DNA from: Mobula hypostoma
Lineage: Eukaryota
Assembly (NCBI RefSeq): GCF_963921235.1
Contig: NC_086097.1
Coordinates: forward strand, 199,270,001 to 199,334,000
Direction: 5' to 3'
DNA length: 64,000 nt
Part shown: piece after piece, positions 23,004-35,292 of the stretch
Layout: each line of letters begins with the position of its first letter
Position numbering within the stretch: the first letter of the stretch is position 1
Position numbers and translations under genes: made by a program
Notes under the pieces: generated by a model
Told to the model about the DNA's origin: nothing
The model's database searches: none
What the model saw: the letters and a program-made list of their open reading frames with translations, nothing else

Positions 23004-24345
23004 GTGATAGTAGGTATTTTTAACTTTCCACATATCAGAATCAGAATCAGGTTTATTATCACTGGCATGTGATGTGAAATTTGTTAACTTAGCAGCAGCA
23101 GTTCAATGCAATACATAATCTAGCAGACAGAAAAAATAATAATAAATAAAATTTAAAAAAATAATTGCATCAATTACAGTATACGTATATTGAATAGGTT
23201 TAAAAAATGTGCAAAAACAGAAATACTGTATACTGAAAAAAAGTGAAGTAGTGTCCAAAGATTTAATGTCCACTTAGGAATAGGATGGCAGGATGGGAAG
23301 AAGCTGTTCCTGAATTGCTGAGTGTGTGCCTTCAGGCTTCTGTATCTCCTACCTGATGGTAACAGTGAGAAAAGGGCATGTCCTGGGTGCTGGAGGTCTT
23401 TAATAATGGACGCTGCCTTCCTGAGACATCACTCCCTGAAGATGTTCTGGGTACTTTGTAGGCTAGTACCCAAGAATGGAGATGACTAGATATACAACCT
23501 TCTGCAGCTTCTTTCGGTCCTGTGCAGTAGCCCCTCCATTCCTAACAGTGATGCAGCCTGTCAGAATGCTGTCCTCGGTACAACTATAGAAGTTTTTTAG
23601 TGTATTTGTTGATATGCCAAATCTCTTCAAATTCCTAATGAAGTATAGCAGTCTGTCTTGTCTTCTTCTTCCGCTGTCTTGCCTTCTTTATAACTACATC
23701 GATAAGTTGGGACCAGGTTAGATCCTCAGAGATCTTGACACCCAGGAACTTGAAAATGCTCACTCTCTCCTCTTATGATCCTTCTATAAGGATTGCTATG
23801 TGTTCCTTCGTCTTACCCTTCCTGAAATTCACAATTAGCTCTTTCGTCTTACTGACATTGAGTGCCAGATTGTTGCTGCAGCACCACTCCACTAGTTGGC
23901 ATATCTCACTCCTGTATGCCCTCTTGTCACCACCTGAGATTCTACCAACAATGGTTGTATCGTCAGCAAATTTATTAACTATGACTCCCATTCTGTGGAA
24001 GGACTTTATGTGGTAGAGCTTGTCAAATGTGTTCAGAAAAGTTTCCTTAATCAGTACATAGAAGTCCCAATGAGAGAGTGTGCAATACTTAATCTCATAT
24101 TAGGGAATGAGACAGGGCAGTGACAGAAGTTTGTGTAGGGAAACACTTTGCATCTAGTGATCATAATGCCATGAGATTCATAGTAAATATGGAAAAAGAT
24201 AGGTCTGGTCTGCCGTTTGAGATTCTAAATTGGAGAACGACCAATTTTGATGACATCAGAAATGATCTGGCAAGTGTGAAATGGGACAGTATTTTCAGGC
24301 AAAAGTGTACTTGGTAAGTGGAAGGCCTTCAAAAGTGAAATTTAG
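23004..24345 (+). mobile_element. CR1 ORF2 endonuclease-region fragment split by a Rex1 insertion
   Basis: VIVGIFNFPHI|..WD; ORF 24120..24317 (GKHFASSDHNAMRF). Confidence 0.75.
23034..23975 (-). mobile_element. Rex1/Babar-type LINE, 5'-truncated
   Basis: ORF 23773..23991 (KFADDTTIVGRISGGD..NNLALNVSKTKELIV); (tctgat)n tail at 23034-23049. Confidence 0.9.
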
Positions 24346-24764
24346 AGAAAATTTGTGGGCAGAACTGAAAAAGCATGTGCGAGCAAGGAGGTCTACAAGC
24401 CTGACTCAGTTACACCAATTCTGTCTGGAGGAATGGAACAAAATTCCAGCAACTTACTGTGAGAAGCTTGTGGAAGGCCACCCAAAACTTTTGACCCAAG
24501 TTAAACAATTTAAAGGCAATGCTACCAGATACCAACAAAGTGTATGTAAACTTCTGACCCACTGGGAAAGTGATGAAAGAAATAAAAAGCTGAAATAAAT
24601 CCTTCTCTCTACTATTATTCTGACATTTCACATTCTTAAAATAAAGTAGTGATTCTAATTGACCTAAAACAGGGAATATTTTCTCAGATAAAATGTCAGG
24701 AATTGTGAAAAACTGAGTTTAAATATACTTGGCTAAGGTGTATGTAAACTTCTGACTTCAACCG
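24345..24764 (+). mobile_element. Tc1 transposon right end, Sleeping Beauty-type IR/DR subfamily
   Basis: ENLWAELKKHVRARR..LTQVKQFKGNATRY; inner DR gtgtatgtaaacttctgacccactgg; outer DR gtgtatgtaaacttctgacttcaaccg+TA. Confidence 0.9.
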
Positions 24765-24999
24765 TAGGTACATGAATGGTAGGGGTGTAGAGGGCTAATA
24801 TCCGGCTTAAATGATATGGCACATACTAGATGGGCTGAAGGGCCTACTTCTGTGCCATACTTTTATATAGCCCTATGACTCTTAAGTACTCAGCTATCAC
24901 AGTGGGCGAGTGAGTAGCCATTCTATCCTCTGTTGAAATCATGGTGTGTTAAGAACAGTGCAGAGTTTGTTGCTGTGCAGATACTTTCATCATAGGTAT

Positions 25000-25252
25000 G
25001 TGACAAGAGATGTCAAGGGTAAGTTTTTTACACAAAGAGCGGTGAGTACGTGGAATGGGATGCTGGTGACGGTGGTCGAGGCGGATATCATAGGGTCTTT
25101 TAAGAGACTCCTGGACAGGTACATGGAGTTCAGAAAAATAGAGGGCTATGGGTAACACTGGGTAACTTCTAAGGTAAGGACATGTTGGGCACAGCTTTGT
25201 AGGCCGAAGGGCCTGTATTGTGTTATAGGTTTTCTATGTTTCTATGTTTCTA
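25000..25252 (+). mobile_element. CR1 3' end
   Basis: RDVKGKFFTQRAVSTWN..FKRLLDRYM; (ttctatg)n tail. Confidence 0.85.
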
Positions 25253-25689
25253 AGATATTACTACATAAGGTTTCCATTATTTAGAATAAATACAATTTTG
25301 CACAACATTTCAATGTTTGGTTGCTGCATAGCATTTGGGATTTTCGGCTGTTTGTTGACGAAGAGGACGACATGAATTGATGGGACAGTGCAGAGTTTAC
25401 TCAAATGGTGGATGGTTCCACAATTGTTCTGTTTCAGTGCGATAAAGTAGCAGAGACAAGATTAACTTTAGAATATGGCTGAAACATTTCTGCGACTGTA
25501 ATTGACTCATCAATTGATTATAAGGGAATTCCTCAAATCCCAGATCTCTTATATTCTTTTGGTCATTCCATCTACTGAAATTCATCAATTTGAAGTATCA
25601 ATTATTTTTCTCTATTTAAGGTGATGTTTAACTCATTTGCCAGCATTCTCAGTATTTATTTCATAGTTTCAGCATTTAAAACCATTACT

Positions 25690-27137
25690 TTATGTCATGT
25701 TGCAAAAAAACTTGGCTGATTATGTTGAATCTGAATTAAAGTTAAAAAGCTGCAGGAGTCCGGTTAATCCTCTCATTAGACATACTTTGAGAATATGGGC
25801 TCAGTTTAGAAAATATTATGGTCTTCACGGTTTCTCTCTTTCTAGTCCTATTTTACATGTCCATCTTTTCCGACCTTCTGTGCAAGACAACATTTCATGT
25901 CTGGTACAGAAAGGGCATTAGGCGCTTTGAAGATCTTTTCATAGAAAATCACTTTGCAATTTTTGAGCAACTGTCTGCAAAGTTCAACCTACCTAATATT
26001 CTTTTTTCTGATATCTTCAAATTAGACATTTTATCAACCCTTTAATACCAAACTTTCCTGAGATGCCGGAAAAAGATGTTCTGGACTTGTTTCTTTGTAT
26101 AAATCCATCGGGTAAATGTTTAATATCTACTATTCTCGATAAATTAGCGACCTTGAGGCATGCCCTCTTTGATAAAATTAGAACTGCCTGGGAGTATGAT
26201 TTAAATATTTCTCTGTCCAACGAGGTTTGGGATTCAATTCTTAATTCAGTTAACTCAACCTCTTTATGCACTCGCCACTGTCTTTTGCAGTTCAAGATTG
26301 TACATAGGGCTCTTATGTCTAAAACTAAATTATCGTGGTTCTATCCTGATATTCGTTCCTTTTGTGATAAATGTAAAGGGGGAGACGCTTCTCTTATCCA
26401 CATGTATTGGGCTTGTCCTAGTTTGGAGAAATTTTGGAGAGAAATCTTACTACCTCTATCCCAATTTCTTAATTGCCACTTAGAACTTAACCCTTTGATT
26501 GCTCTGTTTGGCACCTTGGGTGAAGTTGACATGCACCTGAGTCTGACTAAATGGCAAACATTATCTTTTGCCTCTCTTTTGGCTAGACATTTAGTTCTTC
26601 TTAGGTGGAGAGATGTTGCCCCACCCACTCATACTCAATGGCTTAGAGACGTTATTTCCTGTTTAGACCTTGAAACGATTCATTATTCACCTCTTAATTT
26701 GGACATTAATTTCCATTAGGTGTGGAGACATTTTCTTGAATATTTTCATAATTCCTCTTTAGATTAAAGGTTTATCCTCCTTTTTTTGTTCTTTATTCCC
26801 TTACTTTCAGCTTTTTTTTCTAGACAGGTTTTACATTTTTTTAATGTGAAATATATTACAGTTTAGGTAATAGGCGATATATGTTTTTATATTTACAGCT
26901 CTGTGGTGACAAAAGCTCTGTTTAACTTTTCTTTTCATTGAAATGGTTGGCTTGGAGTTGGTAGTGGGAGGGTGGGGAGGATACTAACTTCATATGATTT
27001 TATTTTGGGTGTTTTTTCTTTATTGTTATGAATTGTATATTAGTCATGTTTGTTTTGCACTCTATAAATATCTTTTTTGCTGCTGGGTCTTTTTTGTTGT
27101 ATTGTAGAAACTCATAAATAAATTAATTTTAAAAAAG
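25690..27137 (+). mobile_element. L1-clade LINE 3' end (ORF2 C-terminal zinc knuckle, T-rich 3'UTR, A-tail)
   Basis: ORF 26063..26719 (LLQFKIVHRA..CDKCKGGDASLIHMYWACPSLEKFW); A-rich end at ~27115-27137. Confidence 0.85.
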
Positions 27138-27389
27138 CTGCAGGAGTATGAAGTTTTTTAAAAGTTGCTTTCTCCACCTGTAGCAGCCAGATCCTTAGAG
27201 TGGAGGAGCTAGCCGCTTTTTAAAAGTTGTTTCAAATTTGCCAAATGTGTGGCAATTCAGCCAATAACAAGTGGAGTGGCCATTTTGGAACTGCCATTGT
27301 GAGAGTGGGGAGCTAAAGCTTTGGTCCATGAGTTTTTTTGAGACTTCTAATTTCTTGTTAATCTCTAACCTTTGACAGCATAGACAAAA

Positions 27390-28430
27390 TGGAAGCCAGG
27401 ACATTGGAATGCTCCTCCTGCAAAATATGGTAATTTATGGAGGCTCATCATTTCCCCGATGATTACATCTGTACTACGTGCACCCAGCTACAGCTCCTGA
27501 CAGAATGACTTAAGGAACTAGAGGTGCCAGTTGATCTACCCAGGATCATGTGGGATGCTGATGGTATCATGGATGTGAGTTATAGTGAGATGGTCATGCC
27601 CCAGGTGCAAGCTACAGATTGATAAGACTAGAATTAGGCCATTTGACCCATCAACTCTCATCTGCCATTTTATCATGGCTGATCTAATTTTCCTCTCAAC
27701 CCTAATCTCCTGTCTTCTTCCCGTATCCCTTCATGCCATATATAGGTGACCTCCAGTAAGACTAAGCTGAGTAAAATACACGGACAGCGCAGGATTCAAC
27801 TGTACTGATTTTCCTCAGAAATCTGTTCAATACCGTTGGGGGGACTGGGAGAAGAACTTTCAGAAGCTAGCTGCATTAACTGGGTCGGTGGCACTCTGCC
27901 TGGCTCTGAGGCAAGGAAGAGAAGGTGAAGTCAGGTAGAGTGATAGAGATTAGGGACTTGATAGTAAGAAGTGCAGACAGGTGTTTCTGTCCTTCAATTT
28001 AGACTTCAGGATGATGTGTAGCCTCCCTGGTCCCAGGATCAAGGATGTCTCTCAATAGGGAGCTAGATAGTAAGTTAAAAATGGGATTTCAAGGTTTGTA
28101 ATAACAGGATAACTGTGCCTCGTGCTAGTGAGCTCGGAAATCTATAGGTAGTGGAGTTCAGTACGTGGCTAAGGATCTGGCGATGAGAAGTTCTTCATAT
28201 TTATGGATCAATGGGCTCTCTTCCAGGGCAGGTAAGGTCTATACAAACAAGACAGTCTGCATTGAACTGGTGATGAATCAATATCTGTGCTGGGAGGCTT
28301 TCGAATGCTCAGGAGAAGGTTTACATGAGAGTGGCATGGATATGGGAACCACAGCACCAAGGCAAAAGGTGGCCGGGTTGAGGGCAAGAAAGATGGTATG
28401 ACAAATAAGATTGAAAGGAATGACAGCAAA
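27390..28430 (+). mobile_element. Decayed CR1 ORF1 region with a small CR1 3'UTR insert
   Basis: gattacatctgt..cagctacagctcctg..aaggaactagag and tgtagcctccctggtcccaggatcaaggatgtctc parallel the ORF1 at 31220-33700. Confidence 0.65.
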
Positions 28431-29884
28431 GGACAGGCTAATAAAAATGGTGGGACTGATGGATAGAAATGATTATTTCATTGATGGATAAAACTATGAA
28501 TATATTACAAGAAAAAATCATTTTATGTGGCATGCTGAACATTCTATCTTTGTTCTAATGACCAGTTTTAATGACCGTGAAATATTTCAACTGTTATCTC
28601 TGGAAAGGTGGCTCCTGTTGTTAATAAACAGTGGGTCACTGAATCAGTTAGAGAAGCACCACAGGAGATCTGCTAATATATTATTTTGCTTTTATGTCAT
28701 TATTCAGGGATATGCTATTGTCTTACTGGTAAAAACAGATGATCACCATTAATAACACTGGTTGGCTTTTACTAACATAGTATTTAACACAGTGCTGTAC
28801 TTTGATCTTTTGGGTTCTTTATAAAGATACCTGCTGGAGTAAATCTATAAAAAGACTGTTTTTTAAATGCTTATTGAAATTAATGTCATTGACAAGTCCC
28901 AAGCCAATCAGCAATCCATTTCTTTACTGCCTATTGTTCTTGAGGTGAAATGTTTTGTAGTTATTAAGCAAGGCAGATCTGTTGTTACAATATCTTATGA
29001 AGTATCTGAAAACTGTCAGGATGAACTCAACTCATTTCTCTGTATTGTCTTTGATGAAACAATGAAGTGGTTTTGATAGATGTTATTGAACCTTTTGGGT
29101 TTCAAAATATATAAGTTACTGACCTTTTAGAATGGAAATCAATTTTTTTTTTAAATGGAGAAATCAAGCCACTATAAATAGCCATTGGCCATAACAAAGT
29201 TCCTAAATGACTGATGATAAAATATCACAAGGATTTAGAAAGAAAAGCTTCCTCTGGCAATTTTAGGAATTATTCCTTTTACATTTTAGATCAGACCAAC
29301 TACAATGTCCTTATAAAATAAATTGCAATGTCACTGAATTTCTATATATTAATCCTGATATTTTTGTTATGTTATTAAAAGAAAGCGAAATTCCTGCAGA
29401 TGGAAATAACACATTTTATGTCAAATCTAAAGTCAAGCTTAGTATATGCATAAGTACGGTGAGATACTGTTACAATGGAAAACCTTGCTTTCAGTAGCAT
29501 CACAGGCATGTTGATTCAAATGCAGAACACAAGTAATAAACACACATGGTATTAATAAATGCATACGTTATACAAGAGAGTGAAGAAAAACAGTGCAAAT
29601 CAAGCTGTTCTTGAACCTGGGGGTGTGGGACTTGAGACTTCTGTACATCCTGCCTGATGTAGCTGCTAATAGAGTGAAAGCCCATTTCTTTTTAGTGAAT
29701 GTTCTATTTTAAGCCAGTTCTTTCAGTTTCAGCCAAGGTAGAATTTTTGTGAATCAGAGGCTGAGGAGAAGTTGGATCAAATTCAGGTTCCACCGGAATT
29801 CTATTCTTGACTACTGGAAATTTCATTACAGATAAAAGAGTCATTCTTGGCCAGTAAAGGACCAGTATAGCATATATAATCTTT

Positions 29885-30400
29885 TACAGGTTTGTGTAGA
29901 TTTGGGCATGTCACCAAAATCTTTGACAAACTTCTATAGAAACACAGTAGAGACTATCCTAACAGGTTGTATTGCAGCCTGCCATGTCCAGGAGTGGAAA
30001 AGACAACATAGAGTGGCGGATGCAGCCTAATCCATCCCCACTATTAAGCACATTTACATGGAGTGCTGGCACAAGAAAGCTGCATCCATCATCAAAGATA
30101 CCCATCATCCAAGCCATGTCGTCCTTTTGATACTAGCATTGAGCGGGAGGTCTTAAGGCCTCCACCACTAGGTTCATGAATAGTTATTACCTCATAACCA
30201 TCAGGATCCTGAACAGGTGTGGGTAACTTCACTGACCACAACTCCGAACTGATTCTGTGGCCTATAGACTCACTTTCAAGTTCTCTTTTACAATTCATGT
30301 TCTGAGTAATTTTTTTATATTGGTAGTTTGTCTTCCTTTGTACATTGGTTGTTTGTCAGTCTTTGCTTATGTATGGTTTTTAGTAGATTCTATTCTACAT
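29885..30400 (+). mobile_element. Rex1/Babar-type LINE 3' fragment
   Basis: RFGHVTKIFDKLL..ETILTGCIAA-type decayed C-terminus plus 3'UTR. Confidence 0.65.
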
Positions 30401-30452
30401 TGGGTTCCAGTTAAGACCATAAGATATTGGAGCAGAATTAGGCCATTTGGCC

Positions 30453-30647
30453 CATCAAGTCTGCTCCACCATTTCATCATGTCTGCTCCACTATTTCATC
30501 ATGTCTGATCCACCATTTCATCAAGTCTGCTCCACCATTTCATCATGTCTGCTCCACTATTTCATCATGTCTGATCCACCATTTCATCAAGTCTGCTCCA
30601 CCATTTCATCATGTCTGCTCCACCATTTCATCACGTCTGATCCATTT
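30453..30647. repeat. 22-bp minisatellite, ~9 units, with 66-bp higher-order period
   Basis: Unit catcaWgtctgMtccacYattt; variants cycle A-B-C three times; embedded in a CR1 3'UTR (30410-30678). Confidence 0.95.
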
Positions 30648-31528
30648 CCCTCTCAGCCCAAATCTCCTACTTTCTACCAGTGGAGTTGGACAATCCATAC
30701 CAGGGATGTGTGAAAAGACCTACTTCTTAATCAGGGCAGTGATCAAGATTTTGAAGACAGAGTTTTGTGGCAGTTTTTCGATTTGAGAAGTGACCAATCC
30801 ATAAGCGGAAGTGCATAAACAGAGATACCTTTCAGTCAGGTCCGCATTCAAGATTTAAAATAGAGCTTTGAGCCAATTTTCTCTGAGTTGGACAATCCAC
30901 GCCAGGGGTGTGTGAAAAGAGCTACTTTTTAATCAGGAGAGCGATCGAGACTTCAAAGGCAGAGTTTTGCAGCAATTTTTCTGAGTAGAGGAGCATCCAA
31001 TTAGCAAGAGGAACTCATTAGAGAGGGCCAATAAGAATAATTCAAGTGCAAGTGGAGCGACCATTCCTTTGGATTGTGCTAGTCTTTAGACTGGCTTTAG
31101 CAAATCAGGCTAAGATGAGATCAGGCTTGGGTGAAGAAAAGTATCTTGCAAGTTACTATCTCTCTCTCTCTGTCCTTACTTGTTCAGTCTTTATCTCTTA
31201 GGGCATAGTAGATTAGTGAGAATGGTTCCGGGGCAGTGTTCTGTACTGTATGTGGGATATGGGAAGTCTGGGTCCAGTCTCCCAGATGAACACATCTGCA
31301 GCAGGTGCATGGAGTTACAGCTCCTGAAAGAACGTATTAAGGAACTGGAGCTGCAGTCGATGACCTTTGACTCATACAGGAGAATGAGGAGGTGATGGAC
31401 AGGAGCTACAGGGAGGTAGTTACCACTAGACTGCAGGAGACAGGTAACTGGGTGGCTGTCAGCAGAAAGAGGAAATGCACAGCCAATGCAGAGTATATTG
31501 GTGGCTGTTCCCCACAATAATTAGTATA

Positions 31529-33105
31529 CAGTGCCTATGAAAGGTATTCACCTCCCTTGGAAGTTTTCATGTTTTTTTTTACAATATTGAATCCCAGTGG
31601 ATTTAATCTGGCTTTTTTTGACACTGATCAACAGAAAAAGACTACTTCATGTCAAAGTGAAAACAGATCTCTACAAGGTGATCTAAATTAATTATAAATT
31701 TAAAAACACAAAATAATTGCTTACATAAGTATTCACCCACTTTAATATGACACACTAAATCATCACTGATGCACCAATTGGTTTTAAAAGTGACATAATT
31801 AGTTAAGCTGTCCTAGCTATATATAAATCTGTGTGTAGTCAAGGCGTTTCAATTGATTGTAGTAGAAATACACCTGTATCTGGAAGGTCCAACTGCTGGT
31901 GAGTCAGTATCCTGACAAAAACTAAACCATGAAGACAATAGAACACCCCAAGCAACTCTTCAAAAAGGTTATTGAAAAGCACAAGTCAGGATATTGAGAC
32001 AAAAAAATTTCCAAGTCACTGAATATCGTTGGAATACAGTTAAGTCAATCATCAAGAAATGGAAAGAATATGGCACAGCTATAAATCTGCCTAGAACAGG
32101 CCGTCCTCAAAAACTGATAGACCATTCAATAAGGGCACTAGTGTGGGAGGATACCAAAACACCTATGACAGCTCTGGAGGAGTTACAAGCTTTGGTGGGT
32201 GAGGTGGAAGAGTCTGTGCATACAGCTGTTGCCTGGGTGCTTCACCAGTCACAGCTTTATGGGAAAGTGGAAAAGAGAAAGCCATTGTTGAAAAATCCTC
32301 ACATGAAATCTCCACTAGAGTTTGTCAGAAGGCATGTGGGAGACTCTGAAGTCAGCTGGAGGAAGGTTGTCTGCTCTAATGAAACCAAGATTGAGCTTTT
32401 TAACCATAAGACTAAACACTATGTTTGGTGAAAACCAAACACCACACGCCATCAAAAACACACCAATCCATGGTGGTCATGCCATGGGGATGCTTCACTG
32501 CAGCAGTGCCTGGAAGGCTTGTGAAGGTAGGTGGTAAACGGAATGCAGCAAAATACAGGGAAATCATGAGAAAAACCTAATGCAGTCTGCAGAGAACTGC
32601 GACTTGGGAGATTTGTTTTCCAGCAAGACAATGACCCCAAGCATAAAACCAAAGTACAAAGGAATGGCTTAAAAACAACAAAGATAATGTCCTGGATTGG
32701 CCAATTCTCAATTCAATTGAGAATTTTTGGCTGGTTTTAAAAAGGGCTGTTCACTCATGATCTCCATGCAATCAGACAGAGCTTGAGCAGTTTTCTAAAG
32801 AAGAATAGGAAAAAATTGTATGACCAGATGTACAAAGCTGATAGAGACCATCCACACAGATTCAAGGCTGTAATTGCCGCCAAAAGTGCATCTACTAAAT
32901 ACTGACTGGAAGAGGGCAAATAATTATGCAATTAATTATTTTGTGTTTAATAATTGTAATAAATTTGTAGAAATTCATTTTCACTTTGACATGAAAGAGT
33001 CTTGATCAGTGTCAAAAAGCCAAATTAAATCCACTGTGATTCAATGTTGTAAAACAATAAAATATGAAAACTTCTCAGGTGGGTGAATATATTTTATAGG
33101 TACTG
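31529..33105 (+). mobile_element. Full-length Tc1 transposon (Passport-like), decayed
   Basis: cagtgcctat...ataggtactg termini, long TIRs, TA TSD at 31527-28 and 33106-07; removing it rejoins CR1 ORF1. Confidence 0.93.
31929..32905 (+). pseudogene. Tc1 DD34E-type transposase pseudogene
   Basis: MKTIEHPKQ..WKEYGTAINLPRTGRPQKL..WRKVVCSNETKIELF..FQQDNDPKH..STKY*, with frameshifts and stops. Confidence 0.9.
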
Positions 33106-35046
33106 TACAACTTTAGGTGCTGTTGAGGGAGATGACCTACCAGGGGTGAGCCACAGTGACCAGGTCTCTGGCACTGAGTCGGCTGCTGCAACTCAGAAAA
33201 GAGAGATGAAGAGAACTGGAGAGTCAATGGTCAGAGGAACAGAGACAAGGTTCTGTGGGCGTGATAGAGACACCTGAATGGTAAGTTGTCTCCCTGGTGC
33301 CAGGATCAAGGATGTCTCTGATCAGGTCCACAGCATTCTCAAGGGTAAGGGTAAGCAGCTAGAAGTCTTATTACATATAAATGACATAGGTAGACAAGTT
33401 GAGGGGGTCCTGAAGAGAGATTTTAGGGAACTACTAGGTAGAAAGATGAGAAACAGAACCTCCAGTGTAGTAACCTCTGGATTGCTGACTGTGCCATGTG
33501 CCCGTGAGTGTAGGAATAGGATGATTTGGCAGGTGAATGTGTGGCTGAGGAACTTATGCAGGGGACAGGGACTTAGATTTATGGCTCATCAGGATCTCCT
33601 CTGGGGAAGGTATGATCTGTACAAAAGGGATGGGCTACACCTGAACCTGAGGGGTCCAATATTCTTACGGGCACATTGACTATTCGGGTGGATTTAAACT
33701 AATTTGCCAGGGGGATGGAAAATGGAGGGATAATGCAGAAGAGGAGGTAAATGGTTTACAATCAGAGGCAACGTGTAGTGAGATTCCTAGCAAACAGTCT
33801 GATGATAGGGCAAAATTACAGTCAACAGGATGAATTGCAGTGTGAAAGGTGGAAAAAACCGAAAGGGTGATACAAGACTGAAGGTGTTATATTTGAATGC
33901 ATGCAGTATATGGAATAAGGTGGATGAGCTTGTAGCATAGTTGCAGATTGAATAATGGCTGTATGATGTTGTAGGCATCATTGAATCATGGCTGATAGAA
34001 GACAATACTTGGGACCTTAATGTCCAAAGAAACACATTGTATCGGAAGGACAAGCAGGAAGGCAGAGGGGGTGGTGTTGCTCAGCTGGTAAAAAAAGAAA
34101 TCGAATTATTAGAAAGAGATTACATATGGTCAGAATGTGTTGAATCATTGTGGATAGAACTAAGGAACTGCAAGGGTAGAAAGACCCTGATGCGAGTTTT
34201 ATACAGACCCCCAAATAATAGTAAGGATGTGGCCTACAAATTACAACGGGAGGTAGAAAATGCTAGTGGTTGAGCCCACTAGGAGATCAGCTGTTCTGGA
34301 CTGGGTGCTGTGCAATGAACTGGAATTAAGAGCTTAAGGTAAAAGAACCTTTTGGGGAAAGTGATCATAATATGATTGAATTCACCCTGAAGTTTGAGAA
34401 GGAGAAGTCAAACCCAAATGTGTCTGTATTACATTGGAGTAAAGGAAATTACAGAAGCATGATAGAGGAGTTGGCCAGAATTGTTTGGCAAAAAAACACA
34501 GGCCAGGAATGACGGCAGAGCCGTAATGGCTGAAATTTGTGGAAGCAATTTGGAAGGCACAGGATATATACATCCCAAACAGCAAGAAGTATTCTAAAGG
34601 CTTGATGACACAACTGTGGCTAACAAGAGAAGTCAAAGCCACCATAAAAGCGAAAGAGATAGCATATAATAGATCAAAAAATAATGGGAACTTAGAGGAT
34701 TGGGAAGCTTTCAAATACCAATAGAAGGCAACTAAAATGTTAGTAAGAAGGTAAAGATGGAATATAAAATTATGCCAGCCAAATAATATTAGAGGATACC
34801 AGAAGTTTCTTTAGATACATAAAGTGCAAAAAAGAGTTGAGAGTGGATATTGGAAAACAGTGCTGGAGAGGTAGTAATGGGGGACAAGGAAACAGCAGAT
34901 GATCTTAATAAGTATCTTGCATCATTCTTCACTGTGGAAGACACTCGCAGTATGGTGGAATTTCCATTTGTCAGGGGTCATGAAGTCTGTTAAGTTACCA
35001 GTACTAGGGGGAAGGTTCTTGGGAAATTGAGAGGTTTGAAGGTAGA

Positions 35047-35290
35047 TTTTCCCTTGAGGAAACCATGCTGACTTTGGCATATTTTATCATGTGCCTCCAA
35101 GTACCACAAACCACATCCATAACAATCGATTCCACCATCTTCCCAACAACTGAGGTCCAACTAACTGTCTTTCCTCTGCCTTCCTTCCTTATTGAAGACT
35201 GGTGTGACATTTGTAATTTTCTAGTGCTCCGGAAACATCTATTGATTCTTGAAAGGTCATTACTAATGCCTCCACAGTCTCTTCATCAAC
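35047..35290 (-). mobile_element. CR1 RT fragment inverted relative to the upstream CR1
   Basis: ORFs 35189..35374 (EETVEALVMTFQ) and 35004..35210 (SWTSVVGKMVESI). Confidence 0.8.
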
Positions 35291-35292
35291 CT

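Larger units (their letters stand above)
30680..35045 (+). mobile_element. Long CR1 LINE: 5'UTR, ORF1 (zinc finger + esterase), ORF2 endonuclease; interrupted by Tc1
   Basis: ORFs 31180..31395 (CSRCMELQLLKERIKELE), 33278..33679 (CLPGARIKDV..YKRDGLHLN), 34037..34273 (RKDKQEGRGGGVA..LYRPPN) and 34539..34724. Confidence 0.92.

Noticed and set aside
26063..26719. 218-aa ORF as a cellular zinc-finger gene
   Set aside because: It matches the L1-clade ORF2 C-terminus, is frameshifted upstream, and is followed by a 3'UTR and A-tail.
30453..30647. CRISPR-like array
   Set aside because: Units are contiguous with no unique spacers, there are no cas genes, and the context is eukaryotic; it is a minisatellite.
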